64,000 nt of DNA from Clostridia bacterium (GCA_045544395.1 JAZPYX010000064.1:39411-103410); one strand, 5' to 3'. Positions 35,483 to 45,069 are shown, counted from the first letter of the stretch. The notes: generated by a model not told the origin, from the letters alone. Numbers and translations are program-made.

Positions 35483-36514
35483 TTATCTCTGAACACGTCC
35501 GCTGCCGTCTCCACCAACAAGGTTATCAACCTCAGCACGTGTAACAATATTCATATCTCCGGGGATTGTGTGCTTAAGAGCAGAAGCTGCAACACCGAAC
35601 TCAAGAGCATCCTTGAAGTTCTTTCCGTCAAGGAAGCCGCATATTGTACCGCCTGCAAAGCTGTCACCGCCACCTACACGGTCAACGATGGGACAAATTC
35701 TATATTCTCTTGAATGATAAAATTCCTTTGTATCTCTTGAGTATATACAAGCTGACCAGCCGTTATCAGAAGCACTGTGTGATACACGCAGCGAAGAAAT
35801 AACGTACTCAAAATCAAACTTTTCAACCATCTGCTCAAAAATACTCTTGTAACCTGCAAGCTCAAGTTCACCGCTTGTAACATCTGTTTCACCGGGCTTG
35901 AAGCCGAGAACCTTTTCAGCATCCTCTTCATTACCGATACAAACGTCAACATACTGCATAAGGTTTGACATAACCTTCTGAGCTTTTTCACTTGACCAGA
36001 GTTTCTTACGGAAATTAAGGTCACAAGAAACCTTAACACCCTTAGCTTTTGCAGCCTTAAGAGCGATTTCTGTAAGTTCAGCAGCCGCGTCTGATACAGC
36101 AGGTGTAATACCTGTAAAGTGGAACCAGTCACAACCGTCAAAAATCTTATCAAAATCAAAATCTTCAGCTACAGCTGTAGAAATTGAAGAATGTGCTCTG
36201 TCATATACAACATTAGAAGCACGCATTGCAGCACCTGTTTCAAGGAAATAGATACCAAGTCTTTCACCACCGCGAGCAATGTTATCTGTCTTAACATTCA
36301 TTTTACGAAGAGCAGCTACTGCACATTCTCCAATCGGATTTTCGGGAACCTTTGTCACGAATTCAGCATCGTGACCGTAGTTTGCGAGAGAAACTGCCAC
36401 ATTAGCCTCTCCACCGCCATAACATACATCGAATTCATCTGCCTGAAGAAATCTTTCATTGTTGGGTGTTGATAAGCGAAGCATAATTTCGCCCATAGTT
36501 ACAACTTTTGCCAT
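35483..36514 (-). CDS. kdgK: 2-dehydro-3-deoxygluconokinase (PfkB family)
   Basis: 343 aa. It has the PfkB signatures (..GGGEANVAV.. and ..DRVGGGDSFAGG..) and lies directly upstream of eda. Confidence 0.8.
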   Translation of the reverse strand: MAKVVTMGEIMLRLSTPNNERFLQADEFDVCYGGGEANVAVSLANYGHDAEFVTKVPENPIGECAVAALRKMNVKTDNIARGGERLGIYFLETGAAMRASNVVYDRAHSSISTAVAEDFDFDKIFDGCDWFHFTGITPAVSDAAAELTEIALKAAKAKGVKVSCDLNFRKKLWSSEKAQKVMSNLMQYVDVCIGNEEDAEKVLGFKPGETDVTSGELELAGYKSIFEQMVEKFDFEYVISSLRVSHSASDNGWSACIYSRDTKEFYHSREYRICPIVDRVGGGDSFAGGTICGFLDGKNFKDALEFGVAASALKHTIPGDMNIVTRAEVDNLVGGDGSGRVQR

Positions 36515-36543
36515 AAATAACCTCTCCTTTTATCATAATATAT

Positions 36544-36572
36544 TTGACATTTTATATGCTTAATTATATAAT
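36544..36572 (+). promoter_or_regulatory. Consensus sigma-A promoter for the AraC gene at 36651
   Basis: TTGACA (36544..36549), a 17-nt spacer, then TATAAT (36567..36572). Confidence 0.55.
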
Positions 36573-36650
36573 AGCACTGTAACAGGTAATATTCGTCAAT
36601 TATCTTATGAAATCTATCAAATATATTACGATTTTTACAAAGGAGAAATT

Positions 36651-37499
36651 ATGGCTGACATTCAACGAAAACTTTCTGATACTCCACTGCTTACAGTATT
36701 CAGGTCTTCTCTTTCTCCTAAAGATGAAGACTTTTATGAACATCATCATACTGCATTTGAAATAACAATGGTTCTTGACGGAAAAGGGATATACGCTACC
36801 ACTGCTACGGAATTTCATTTTGAAAAAGGTGACATATTCTTTTTCAGCACAGATGAATTTCATTGGATTAAAAAGCTTGAAAAAAACACCGAATTTATAA
36901 ACATTCATTTTGAACCAAGATTTGTCTGGTCTGATAATTTTGGAATATCAGAAACGGAACTGATAAAAATTTTTCTTAACAGAAAGAAAAGACCACATAA
37001 CAAACTAAGAGATCACGATGGTTCACTGGAATCCGTAAGAATACTTATACATAAAATAGAAAAAGAGCTTACTGAAAAAAAGCAGGAATACCAGACAATG
37101 ATAAAAATTCATCTTGTAAATATACTGGTAGAAATGGTAAGGTCTTATTCCGAAAAGCTTTCTGAAAATGAAATTTCATACAGTTCAGACTCTCTTAAAT
37201 ACATGGAAAGAGCACTCAAATTTATTGACGAAAACCTGGATACTGATTTAAAGCTTGAAACGCTTTCAGATGTGGCTCATATGAGTAAAACTTACTTCTG
37301 CGGTCAGTTTAAGAAGCTTAACGGTATATCTCCATGGGATTATATAACAATTAAAAGGATAGAAAAAGCCATCACTTACCTTGAATCAACGAATCTTACA
37401 CGCCTTGAAATTGCACTTAAATGCGGTTTCAATAACACATCAAATTTTTATCACGCTTTTAAAAAAATCACAGGAAAAACTCCCGCTGACTATAAATAG
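36651..37499 (+). CDS. AraC family transcriptional regulator
   Basis: 282 aa with a cupin N-terminus and a C-terminal HTH (..MSKTYFCGQFKKLNGISPWDY.. and ..GFNNTSNFYHAFKKITGKTPADY..). It is divergent from kdgK-eda. Confidence 0.85.
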   Translation: MADIQRKLSDTPLLTVFRSSLSPKDEDFYEHHHTAFEITMVLDGKGIYATTATEFHFEKGDIFFFSTDEFHWIKKLEKNTEFINIHFEPRFVWSDNFGISETELIKIFLNRKKRPHNKLRDHDGSLESVRILIHKIEKELTEKKQEYQTMIKIHLVNILVEMVRSYSEKLSENEISYSSDSLKYMERALKFIDENLDTDLKLETLSDVAHMSKTYFCGQFKKLNGISPWDYITIKRIEKAITYLESTNLTRLEIALKCGFNNTSNFYHAFKKITGKTPADYK

Positions 37500-37551
37500 A
37501 TACAGCACTGAAAGCATCAGTATTGAATTCTTTCTGTTCCTTTAATTTCGG

Positions 37552-38271
37552 CTAGCCTATATTCTGACGTAAAACTCCAAGCAGTTTCTTCTCTATTCTC
37601 GAAATCTGTACCTGACTTACACCCATGATTTTTGCAACTTCACTTTGTGTTTTCTCTTTATAGTATCTGAGCATTAAAATCTGCCTTTCTTTCGAAGGCA
37701 GATTTTTTATCGCCTCGCTTAGTGCAACACTCGTAATAATGTTGTCTTCATTGTTAGTCTGCAAATGAATCTTGTCTATTAAAAGCACAGGTGTATGATC
37801 TCCTTCGTGTATTGTTTTGTAAATAGATTCAGTTGGTTGAGTAGCTTCCAGCGAAAGAGCAACATCTGATACACTGCAATTTATCATCTTTGCAATTTCA
37901 CTAAGATTAGCCTCTCTTCCCTTTTCTCTGTATATTTTTTCAGCAGCACTCCTCGCGTGTAATGCCGTCTCTTTAAGGCTTCTGCTTACTTTAATAATTC
38001 CGTCATCACGCAGAAATCGCCTTATTTCGCCAAAAATCATAGGAACAGCATATGTTGAAAATTCCACGTCAAACGTTATGTCAAATTTATTTATTGCTTT
38101 TATTAATCCTATCGCTCCTATCTGATATAAATCCTCTGCCTCAATTCCTCTTCCTGAAAATTTTCTTACAGCACTCCATATAAGCCCGCTATTACTTACA
38201 GTAAGTTTTTCAAGTGCATCTTTGTCTCCGTTTTGTGCCATTTGTATCAAACGGTAATTCTCATGTTTCAT
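37552..38271 (-). CDS. sigF: Sporulation sigma factor sigma-F
   Basis: It is a sigma-70 family protein with regions 2-4 (..DLYQIGAIGLIKAINKFD.., ..TQSEVAKIMGVSQVQISRIEKK..). It is the third gene after spoIIAA-spoIIAB. Confidence 0.9.
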   Translation of the reverse strand: MKHENYRLIQMAQNGDKDALEKLTVSNSGLIWSAVRKFSGRGIEAEDLYQIGAIGLIKAINKFDITFDVEFSTYAVPMIFGEIRRFLRDDGIIKVSRSLKETALHARSAAEKIYREKGREANLSEIAKMINCSVSDVALSLEATQPTESIYKTIHEGDHTPVLLIDKIHLQTNNEDNIITSVALSEAIKNLPSKERQILMLRYYKEKTQSEVAKIMGVSQVQISRIEKKLLGVLRQNIG

Positions 38272-38283
38272 AGACGCACTCCT

Positions 38284-38697
38284 TTATAACTGTTTTGTCA
38301 TAACAACAGTTGTTCCAACTCCGGGAATACTTTCAATATGTAATGAATCCATAAAGCTTTCCATAACAGTAAAGCCCATCCCACTTCTATCACATTCAGG
38401 TTTTGACGTATAAAGCGGTTCCCGTGCTTTTTTCACATCGTCTATACCCACACCGTTATCTTTTATTTTTACAGTGAGAAGTCTGTTATCAATTTCAAGT
38501 TCCATAAATACATGGCCGTCAACATCTTCATATCCATGTATAATAGAATTTGTCACTGCTTCTGAAACTGCTGTCTTTATATCCGCCATTTGTTCGATAG
38601 TTGGGTCTAATGGCATAACGAATCCTGCTACAATCACTCTTGCAATACTTTCATTGATACTTTTTGCTTCAAATTCTGTTTTCAGATAATTATTCAT
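38284..38697 (-). CDS. spoIIAB: Anti-sigma F factor (serine kinase)
   Basis: It has HATPase_c motifs (..AVSEAVTNSIIHGY.., ..DNGVGI.., ..GMGFTVM..). The ATG at 38695-38697 (MNNYLKTEF) follows GAAAGGAAA. Confidence 0.9.
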   Translation of the reverse strand: MNNYLKTEFEAKSINESIARVIVAGFVMPLDPTIEQMADIKTAVSEAVTNSIIHGYEDVDGHVFMELEIDNRLLTVKIKDNGVGIDDVKKAREPLYTSKPECDRSGMGFTVMESFMDSLHIESIPGVGTTVVMTKQL

Positions 38698-38722
38698 TAC
38701 TATTTTCCTTTCTTTCTTCAGT

Positions 38723-39061
38723 TTAACAAAGAGCGTTATCCGCATCTTTAATGCTTGGGTAATGCATTATTATTTTGCTTATTCCGCTTAATTCAATCAT
38801 TTTCGATACAGTAGAATCAGCGCAACAAATCACTGTTTTTCCACCAAATGCAAGTGCTGTTTTATATCTTCCAACTATAAGTCCTATTCCTGATGAATCC
38901 ATTAAAGTAACATCTTTAAGGTCAATTATCAGATTTTTCTTTGGCGAATTGACAATTTCAATATCCATTAATTCTCTGATTTCAGATGCTGCACATTGAT
39001 CTATCTCTCCTTTAAGATGCACAACTATTGCGTTTTTTGTTTTTTCAAACTGTTTTGACAT
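38723..39061 (-). CDS. spoIIAA: Anti-sigma F factor antagonist (STAS domain)
   Basis: 112 aa, with the phosphorylatable-Ser motif ..LMDSSGIGLIVGRYK... Confidence 0.9.
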   Translation of the reverse strand: MSKQFEKTKNAIVVHLKGEIDQCAASEIRELMDIEIVNSPKKNLIIDLKDVTLMDSSGIGLIVGRYKTALAFGGKTVICCADSTVSKMIELSGISKIIMHYPSIKDADNALC

Positions 39062-39155
39062 TCGTAATCATCCCTTTCTTGATGCTTATATTTTACCATA
39101 TATTCACATCAAAAAGGATGACAACCTTTGTAATAAAAGCTGTTTATTTGCAGAA

Positions 39156-39193
39156 AAAAGGCAGTGCACTTTGAAAATGATGCACTGCCTTTT
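39156..39193 (-). terminator. Second of two tandem terminators after the oxidoreductase operon
   Basis: The stem is AAAAGGCAGTGCA / TGCACTGCCTTTT with a 12-nt loop. A T-run follows on the minus strand. Confidence 0.7.
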
Positions 39194-39206
39194 ATATTAT
39201 TAAACT

Positions 39207-39235
39207 AAAACGCAGTAGATTTTTTACTGCGTTTT
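39207..39235 (-). terminator. First terminator after the oxidoreductase operon
   Basis: The stem is AAAACGCAGTA / TACTGCGTTTT. It lies 6 nt after the stop codon at 39241. Confidence 0.7.
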
Positions 39236-39240
39236 TCTGA

Positions 39241-40068
39241 TTAAAGCCAACTTTTAACATTATCAAATATTTCTTTTATGAGCGGATTATCGTCTTCTGC
39301 TACTGAATATTCAACACCGTAATATCCGTCATAGCCATACGACCGAAGAAGCTCAATTACCCCTTTTATATCAATCTGTCCGTGCCCTATTGCAACGTAA
39401 TCTACAAACTTTCCTCCAAGGGCGGGATATGAAGAAGAATTTCTTTCATCTGACACTATAACATCCTTGATATGTGCATGAACAAATCTGTCGTGAAAAG
39501 CATTGACAAAATCCTCAATACTGTCCCCTGACTGAAAAACATTTCCGAAGTCTGCCACTACGCCTACATTACGATTCACTTTACTGAGAAACTCTCCAAA
39601 CCCATCTACACCGTTAAATATAAATCCCTGGTCTTCGTAAATTGATTTTACGCCCCTTTGTTCTGCGTAATCGTAAACTTCTCTTACAAACTGTACGCCT
39701 TTATTCATAAGCTCATCACGTAAACCAATTACTTTTGAAGGTTCTTTAAACTCACCCACAATGGTGTGATGAATAAACGGTGAACCAAGAATTGCTGCTA
39801 CATCAGCATAACCCTTGAGCATTTCAAGCTGACTTTCCGTATCACTCTCAAACACATTTGCATAAATAGAAACACACGGAAAAACAATTCCTTTTTCGTC
39901 TGCGTACTCTTTCACCTTCTTAGCTTTTTCCCTGTCAGGAATTTCAAAATCAAGCATAGAAAAAGGTTCAACGGCACTAACACCGTACTCACAGGCAAGG
40001 TCTATTACTTCCTTATATGATTTAAGCCTTGGGAAAGGCGGTGAATACATTGCAATTTTTTTATTCAT
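39241..40068 (-). CDS. Sugar phosphate isomerase/epimerase family protein (xylose isomerase-like TIM barrel)
   Basis: 275 aa. It shows the typical pattern ..AVEPFS.., ..HHTIVG.., ..YEDQGF.., ..HAHIKD.., ..YYGVEY... Confidence 0.7.
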   Translation of the reverse strand: MNKKIAMYSPPFPRLKSYKEVIDLACEYGVSAVEPFSMLDFEIPDREKAKKVKEYADEKGIVFPCVSIYANVFESDTESQLEMLKGYADVAAILGSPFIHHTIVGEFKEPSKVIGLRDELMNKGVQFVREVYDYAEQRGVKSIYEDQGFIFNGVDGFGEFLSKVNRNVGVVADFGNVFQSGDSIEDFVNAFHDRFVHAHIKDVIVSDERNSSSYPALGGKFVDYVAIGHGQIDIKGVIELLRSYGYDGYYGVEYSVAEDDNPLIKEIFDNVKSWL

Positions 40069-40105
40069 ATAAAATAACTCCTTAAATGAATTATACTGTA
40101 AAAAA

Positions 40106-40954
40106 TCAAAGAACCGCTATTTTATTTTTAAGGAATTCAACCGCCATCGAAATATCTGCTGCAGGATTTTCGCCCACTTCTCTTTCTATTGTAAGAAATC
40201 CTTTATATCCTATTTCTTCAAGAGCCTTAAGGTAGTTATCAAAATCAACATTTCCCTCACCCAACGGCATTTCAATATAAGCATTACCCTGATTTGTTTC
40301 TTCGTCGATTATACGGTATACAACTTCAGGATTACATGGGCGAAGGTTTTTTCCGTCCTTCGCATGGGTGTGAACAATATAGTCCTTAAGTGTATGTACA
40401 CCTTTTACAGGGTCGTCGCCTGTTACCATAACAAAGTTTGCAGGGTCAAAGTTAACTGCAACTCCCTTTGAACCAAGGGAATCAAGAAAACCCTTAAGAG
40501 TTACCGCAATTTCAGGACCTGTTTCAATAGCAAAATGCGAATCTAAACTATCTGCATAACGCGCAAGCTCAAAACAAGCTTCCTGCATTATTTTATAACG
40601 GTCGTGACCGGGATCTGATGGCACAACACCGATATGTGTTGTAACAATATCCGTTTCAAGCTCTTTTGCAAGGTCAAGAATTCTTTTTGACTTCTCGATA
40701 AGTCCGGGATTAAGCTCTTTATTACCAAATCCCATACCAAGATCACCGCAAAGTGCAGAAAAGACAAGTCCGTTTGATTTTACCATATCAAGAAGCTCTC
40801 TTCGCTTACTACCCGTAAGGTTTTCAGGTGAATTTTCGCCGTTGGTAGAATACATCTGAAGTCCTTTTGCTCCAAGCTGTGCAGCTTTTTCAATTGCTTC
40901 TTTCGTTCCGAGTTTAAAAGAGTCAAGCATTACTCCGATAGGAAACTGATACAT
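40106..40954 (-). CDS. Sugar phosphate isomerase/epimerase family protein (xylose isomerase-like TIM barrel)
   Basis: The ATG at 40952-40954 (MYQFPIGVMLDSF) follows AGGAGG. The pattern is ..THIGVVP.., ..FAIETGPE.., ..HTHAKDG.., ..FLTIEREV... Confidence 0.7.
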   Translation of the reverse strand: MYQFPIGVMLDSFKLGTKEAIEKAAQLGAKGLQMYSTNGENSPENLTGSKRRELLDMVKSNGLVFSALCGDLGMGFGNKELNPGLIEKSKRILDLAKELETDIVTTHIGVVPSDPGHDRYKIMQEACFELARYADSLDSHFAIETGPEIAVTLKGFLDSLGSKGVAVNFDPANFVMVTGDDPVKGVHTLKDYIVHTHAKDGKNLRPCNPEVVYRIIDEETNQGNAYIEMPLGEGNVDFDNYLKALEEIGYKGFLTIEREVGENPAADISMAVEFLKNKIAVL

Positions 40955-40964
40955 AATATTCCTC

Positions 40965-41777
40965 CTAAATTTCAATTGTAAGTCCATCATAAGAAACTAT
41001 GTAGCCGTAGTCTTTTACACGTTCTTCAAGCTCTCTATGAATCGGACGGGCATTATGTGAAAAATGATTTATAACTTTAATTGTTTTTTCGTCTATAACA
41101 CCGATACTTATAAGTTTCTGTACAAGCCTGTTAACATTATCAATACCCATGTGCGGGTGTTTATCCTCAATGGGTATATCTATGTTTGTGCAATCCATAC
41201 TGATTAAATCAAGCTTTATATTATTTTTTTTAAGATAATCAAATACTTCCGGATAGAAAAAACCTGTATCATGGGCATAAAGAACTGTTTTCTCCCCATT
41301 TATCAGATAAAAACGTGCATCATCACCGTAAAAATGGTTCGCCGGAAAAGATGTTACACGGTATTTTCCAATCTTTACCGGGGTAAAGGTCTCCATTTTA
41401 TTAACCGCTATATTTACAGGTGTTTCTTTAGAAAGTCTGTTATACACACCCTGACCGCAATATACATTAAGAGTTGGCACTCGCATATTCTTAGCAAAAG
41501 CACCGCTACGCATTGAAAGTTCTTTCATATAAAAATGATCACTGTGAGAATGTGTAACTAATAGGTTTTCGATTAAATCCCCCTGAATTCCGTTATTAAG
41601 AAAATGGCTGTATGTATCAGCAGGAATATCAAGAAGAAGGTCGTTATTTATAATTGCCTGAGACCTTGTACGGATATTCTTCCCGCCAAGGTTTCGTGCA
41701 TCAATGCAGTGTTTGCAATTACAGAATACTGCCGGAAATCCTTCTGCTGCAGCGGTCCCAAGAAATGTTATTTTCAT
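40965..41777 (-). CDS. MBL-fold metallo-hydrolase
   Basis: It has the HxHxDH motif VTHSHSDH. The N-terminus MKITFLGTAAAEGFP is typical of the fold. Confidence 0.75.
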   Translation of the reverse strand: MKITFLGTAAAEGFPAVFCNCKHCIDARNLGGKNIRTRSQAIINNDLLLDIPADTYSHFLNNGIQGDLIENLLVTHSHSDHFYMKELSMRSGAFAKNMRVPTLNVYCGQGVYNRLSKETPVNIAVNKMETFTPVKIGKYRVTSFPANHFYGDDARFYLINGEKTVLYAHDTGFFYPEVFDYLKKNNIKLDLISMDCTNIDIPIEDKHPHMGIDNVNRLVQKLISIGVIDEKTIKVINHFSHNARPIHRELEERVKDYGYIVSYDGLTIEI

Positions 41778-41791
41778 ATTACATCCTCATT

Positions 41792-42805
41792 TCAGCTAAG
41801 TTTACTTTTAATAATACTATCTGCTTTACAAGCCCACTTAAAACTTTCCCACATATTCTCAATTGAAGGGTTCGCTTCACCCTTACCCTCAATCATATTA
41901 ATAAGTGTCTGAAGCTGTTCTCCGGTAGGTTTGCGTTTGCAATTAACATTTATCATTTCGTAATGCTTTTCAGGATAAGTATAATACTCGATAAGGTCTC
42001 CCTCTTCCTGATTTTCCGTACGGTTCATCTGTAGCACAATGCGAATTCTTCCCTTAGGCCCTACGAATTCTTTTGTGTTTTCTGCTGATATAGTATTGCT
42101 CCACCCTGCTTCATAATATGCAACAGACCCACCGGAAAGTTCAACTGTCATAAGACCGTAGTTATAGGTATTATCCGGAACATCTGCCTCCGTACGTGCA
42201 CCTATACCCGAAACCTCTGTAAGCTCCTCACCTGTGAACCATCGCATAACATCAATATAATGAACGCCGCAATCAAGAATTGGTGAAGTATCTTTTATAA
42301 GATGAAGATATTTATCCCAGTTCATTGTATGATGATTCTGGGTCATCCGCATAACCACAGGCCTACCTATAGCACCATTTTGAATCATTTCCGCAACTTT
42401 GTTATAAGTGTCATTATGCCTTAATATATACCCGATAAGCACCTTGCACTGTGGATTATCACGGATAAGCTTGACTGCTTCTTCTCCGCTTTCAAGATTA
42501 TCAGTAATAGGTTTTTCACAGACAACGTGTTTATTGTTTTTAATACATTCACGGAGTATTTCAAGGTGAGTTGATGGGTATGTACATATAATCACTATAT
42601 CCACATCTTCTCTTGCCACACTGACGCGAAAGTCCGTATCTGCATAATCTGCACAGTAAGTCTTTTTAAAACGCTGTGCATTTTCAATATTTAAATCGCA
42701 TACACACTTGATAACTGCATTTTCCATAAATCTTATGTCATCAAGGTGTGCAGCACCCATTGAGCCACAGCCGATAAGTGCTACATTATAAATTTTCTGT
42801 GCCAT
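41792..42805 (-). CDS. Gfo/Idh/MocA family oxidoreductase
   Basis: It has the Rossmann start ..VALIGCGSMGAAH.. and the EKP motif (..VVCEKPIT..). Confidence 0.8.
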   Translation of the reverse strand: MAQKIYNVALIGCGSMGAAHLDDIRFMENAVIKCVCDLNIENAQRFKKTYCADYADTDFRVSVAREDVDIVIICTYPSTHLEILRECIKNNKHVVCEKPITDNLESGEEAVKLIRDNPQCKVLIGYILRHNDTYNKVAEMIQNGAIGRPVVMRMTQNHHTMNWDKYLHLIKDTSPILDCGVHYIDVMRWFTGEELTEVSGIGARTEADVPDNTYNYGLMTVELSGGSVAYYEAGWSNTISAENTKEFVGPKGRIRIVLQMNRTENQEEGDLIEYYTYPEKHYEMINVNCKRKPTGEQLQTLINMIEGKGEANPSIENMWESFKWACKADSIIKSKLS

Positions 42806-42875
42806 TTTCTGCCCTTCTTTTTTGTGTTTGCACTACATTATACTTTAGATAAGAAACAAAGTCAAGAAAAAAACA

Positions 42876-43709
42876 TTAAAGTTCAATCCATTCAAAAGGT
42901 TTCTTAAGAGCTCTCTGTCCTGCTTCACGGATAGCAATTACGTCAATTGTCTGACTATGTTCTACAGGGATTTTCCCTGTCTTAAAAAACTCAACAAGTG
43001 CTTCCATAAAGAGATTGAAATATTTTGAAAGTATAGTGTAATCTGTAGGATTATTATCTTTGTCAACGGTTCTGATTTTAAATTTAATCTCGTTCGAATG
43101 ATGCATCTGTGCAAGTCTGCCGTCTTCAAATTCAATTAAGAGCGAAGGATGTTCTATGTCACCAAGACCCATAACTCTCTTTGCACGACAGTTCATAAGC
43201 ATAACAATCGGCTCAATCTGATGGATTGAATACATATCATATGTACCGGGACCCTCAGAATGAATCTTAAAGATTTTGTCCTTGTCAACTTCTTTAAGCT
43301 CCGTTACGAAACGAAGTGCCGAGCTTGAAAAGCAGGTTGTACCGTGCTTTTCTGCAATTTCAAAAATACGGATAGCCGTTTCCTTATCAGGTGCAAATGT
43401 CTTGTCAACGTAAACAAGCTTGCCTGATTTAAGGGGAAGTTCACAAAGCTCCTCATGCATTTCGGGGTTGTCGGGAGAAAGAACGATTAGAACGTCACTC
43501 TTCGCAATAACTTCTTCGATAGAGCTGAGAAGTTCCACGCCCTGTTGTTCTGCCCACTGGGCATTTGTGATACCACCGATAGGACTGTCAATCTTGCCGT
43601 AAGCATACTTTACCTGAAATTCACCCTCTGTAAGTTCGTTAATGATGCGAGGGTAGTTATTTGCATGCCATTCATCAAGGTAGTAATCAATAAAACCTAC
43701 TATTTTCAT
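42876..43709 (-). CDS. Gfo/Idh/MocA-like protein with a degenerate dinucleotide-binding motif
   Basis: The overall layout resembles the family (..SDVLIVLSPDNPEMHEEL.., ..VYVDKTFA..), but the N-terminus reads MKIVGFIDYYLDEWHANNY instead of GxGxxG. Its start overlaps the upstream stop (ATGA). Confidence 0.5.
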   Translation of the reverse strand: MKIVGFIDYYLDEWHANNYPRIINELTEGEFQVKYAYGKIDSPIGGITNAQWAEQQGVELLSSIEEVIAKSDVLIVLSPDNPEMHEELCELPLKSGKLVYVDKTFAPDKETAIRIFEIAEKHGTTCFSSSALRFVTELKEVDKDKIFKIHSEGPGTYDMYSIHQIEPIVMLMNCRAKRVMGLGDIEHPSLLIEFEDGRLAQMHHSNEIKFKIRTVDKDNNPTDYTILSKYFNLFMEALVEFFKTGKIPVEHSQTIDVIAIREAGQRALKKPFEWIEL

Positions 43710-44755
43710 AAGGTTACCTCCTTATGCTGTTCTGCACTGCGGTAAATTGCATCCATCATCTTTGCAGTTACAATATTTGTATCAATATGTGCTTTAAGCT
43801 TTTCACCGTTTTCAATACAGTCAAGGAAAGCCGCAATTTCAGCCTTATACATGCTGGGCATATCATACTTGAATGTAGTTGTTGAAAGCATACCGTTCTT
43901 TGTTGAGTAGAAGGTGAAGTCCTTGCCGTATCTGAGACGAACACCGCCTTTTGTTCCCATGAAGTCAACAAACATTTCATCTTCACCGATGTTCTGTGCC
44001 CATGCACCGTTAAATGTAATGATAGGTCCTTCAGTACGAACCATACCTGTTACGCCTTCTTCAACATCATAGATACCGTCTTTAACGGGAGGGCCGGCCC
44101 ACATATACTCATATGTATAATCTTCAATGGGAGAGCCGAGTTTTGAAAATGTTTCACCCGTTACTGTAAGAGGCTGAGGATCACCGCAGCAGTACATAAC
44201 AAGGTCAAAGAAATGTACACCCCAGTCAATCATAACTCCGCCGCCTGCAATTTCATTAGTTGTGAAAGCACCGCCAAGACCGGGGATACTTCTGTGACTG
44301 CGGAAGCTGATATATACGTGATAAACCTCACCAAGCTCACCCTGGTCTATTAATTCTTTTATTTTATTAACACTTGCATTGAAACGGTTACATACACCGA
44401 TGTTAAGAACCTTACCTGTTTCATGCTGTGCCTTCTGCATTTCAAGAGCTTCTGAATAAATACGTGCTGCAGGCTTTTCGCAGAGAACGTGCTTCCCTGC
44501 CTTTAAAGCTTCAATAGTAATAGTTGAGTGCATCTTGTTGGGAGTACAAACAGAAATAGCATCAACTTCAGGATCGTTGATAACTTCCTTATAGTCTGTT
44601 ACTGCAATACCGCAGCCGTTTTTCTCTACAGCTGCCTGCGCTCTTTCAGGAATGATATCGCAGAAATACTTGATTTCTGCCTTAGGATTCTCCATATAAG
44701 CCGGAATGTGCTGATTATTTGCGATTGTACCGCAACCAATAATACCTATTTTCAT
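43706..44755 (-). CDS. Gfo/Idh/MocA family oxidoreductase
   Basis: It has MKIGIIGCGTIANNQHIPAY and the ..HVLCEKPAA.. motif. It is the first gene of the six-gene operon. Confidence 0.8.
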   Translation of the reverse strand: MKIGIIGCGTIANNQHIPAYMENPKAEIKYFCDIIPERAQAAVEKNGCGIAVTDYKEVINDPEVDAISVCTPNKMHSTITIEALKAGKHVLCEKPAARIYSEALEMQKAQHETGKVLNIGVCNRFNASVNKIKELIDQGELGEVYHVYISFRSHRSIPGLGGAFTTNEIAGGGVMIDWGVHFFDLVMYCCGDPQPLTVTGETFSKLGSPIEDYTYEYMWAGPPVKDGIYDVEEGVTGMVRTEGPIITFNGAWAQNIGEDEMFVDFMGTKGGVRLRYGKDFTFYSTKNGMLSTTTFKYDMPSMYKAEIAAFLDCIENGEKLKAHIDTNIVTAKMMDAIYRSAEQHKEVTL

Positions 44756-44826
44756 AATAAAAACCCCCTAAGTTTTTAATTTATTTTATAATAACATTTT
44801 AAATTAATTTCAACAAGACCATATTA

Positions 44827-44851
44827 TGCTTTTCTAGAGTACATTTTTTGC
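44827..44851. repeat. 25-nt direct repeat, copy 1 (TGCTTTTCTAGAGTACATTTTTTGC)
   Basis: It matches 45025..45049 at 22 of 25 positions by eye. Both copies lie in the 394-bp divergent intergenic region. Confidence 0.5.
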
Positions 44852-45024
44852 TATCATTTTACATATTTTACCAAATCGATAGAAAGGGATTCAGGATAAG
44901 GTGCTGAACAATTGCAACCACAACAGAATTTACACCGTCAATAATTTTTCTGAAAATTCATAAAAAAGCTCACTTTTGTCGATTCTATTTTAACACATTA
45001 AAATCTTTTTACAAGTCCAAAAAT

Positions 45025-45049
45025 TGCTATTTTAGGGTACATTTTTTGC
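45025..45049. repeat. 25-nt direct repeat, copy 2 (TGCTATTTTAGGGTACATTTTTTGC)
   Basis: See copy 1. The copies are 198 bp apart. Confidence 0.5.
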
Positions 45050-45069
45050 GGTCTTTTTTTGCTTGCACT

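Noticed and set aside
39062-39150. Sigma-H promoter or Spo0A box upstream of spoIIAA
   Set aside because: The minus strand reads AAAGGTTGTCATCCTTTTTGATGTGAATAT, which loosely resembles the sigma-H -35 AGGA and -10 GAAT elements. The spacing and sequence are too uncertain to call, and no clear TGTCGAA 0A box is present.
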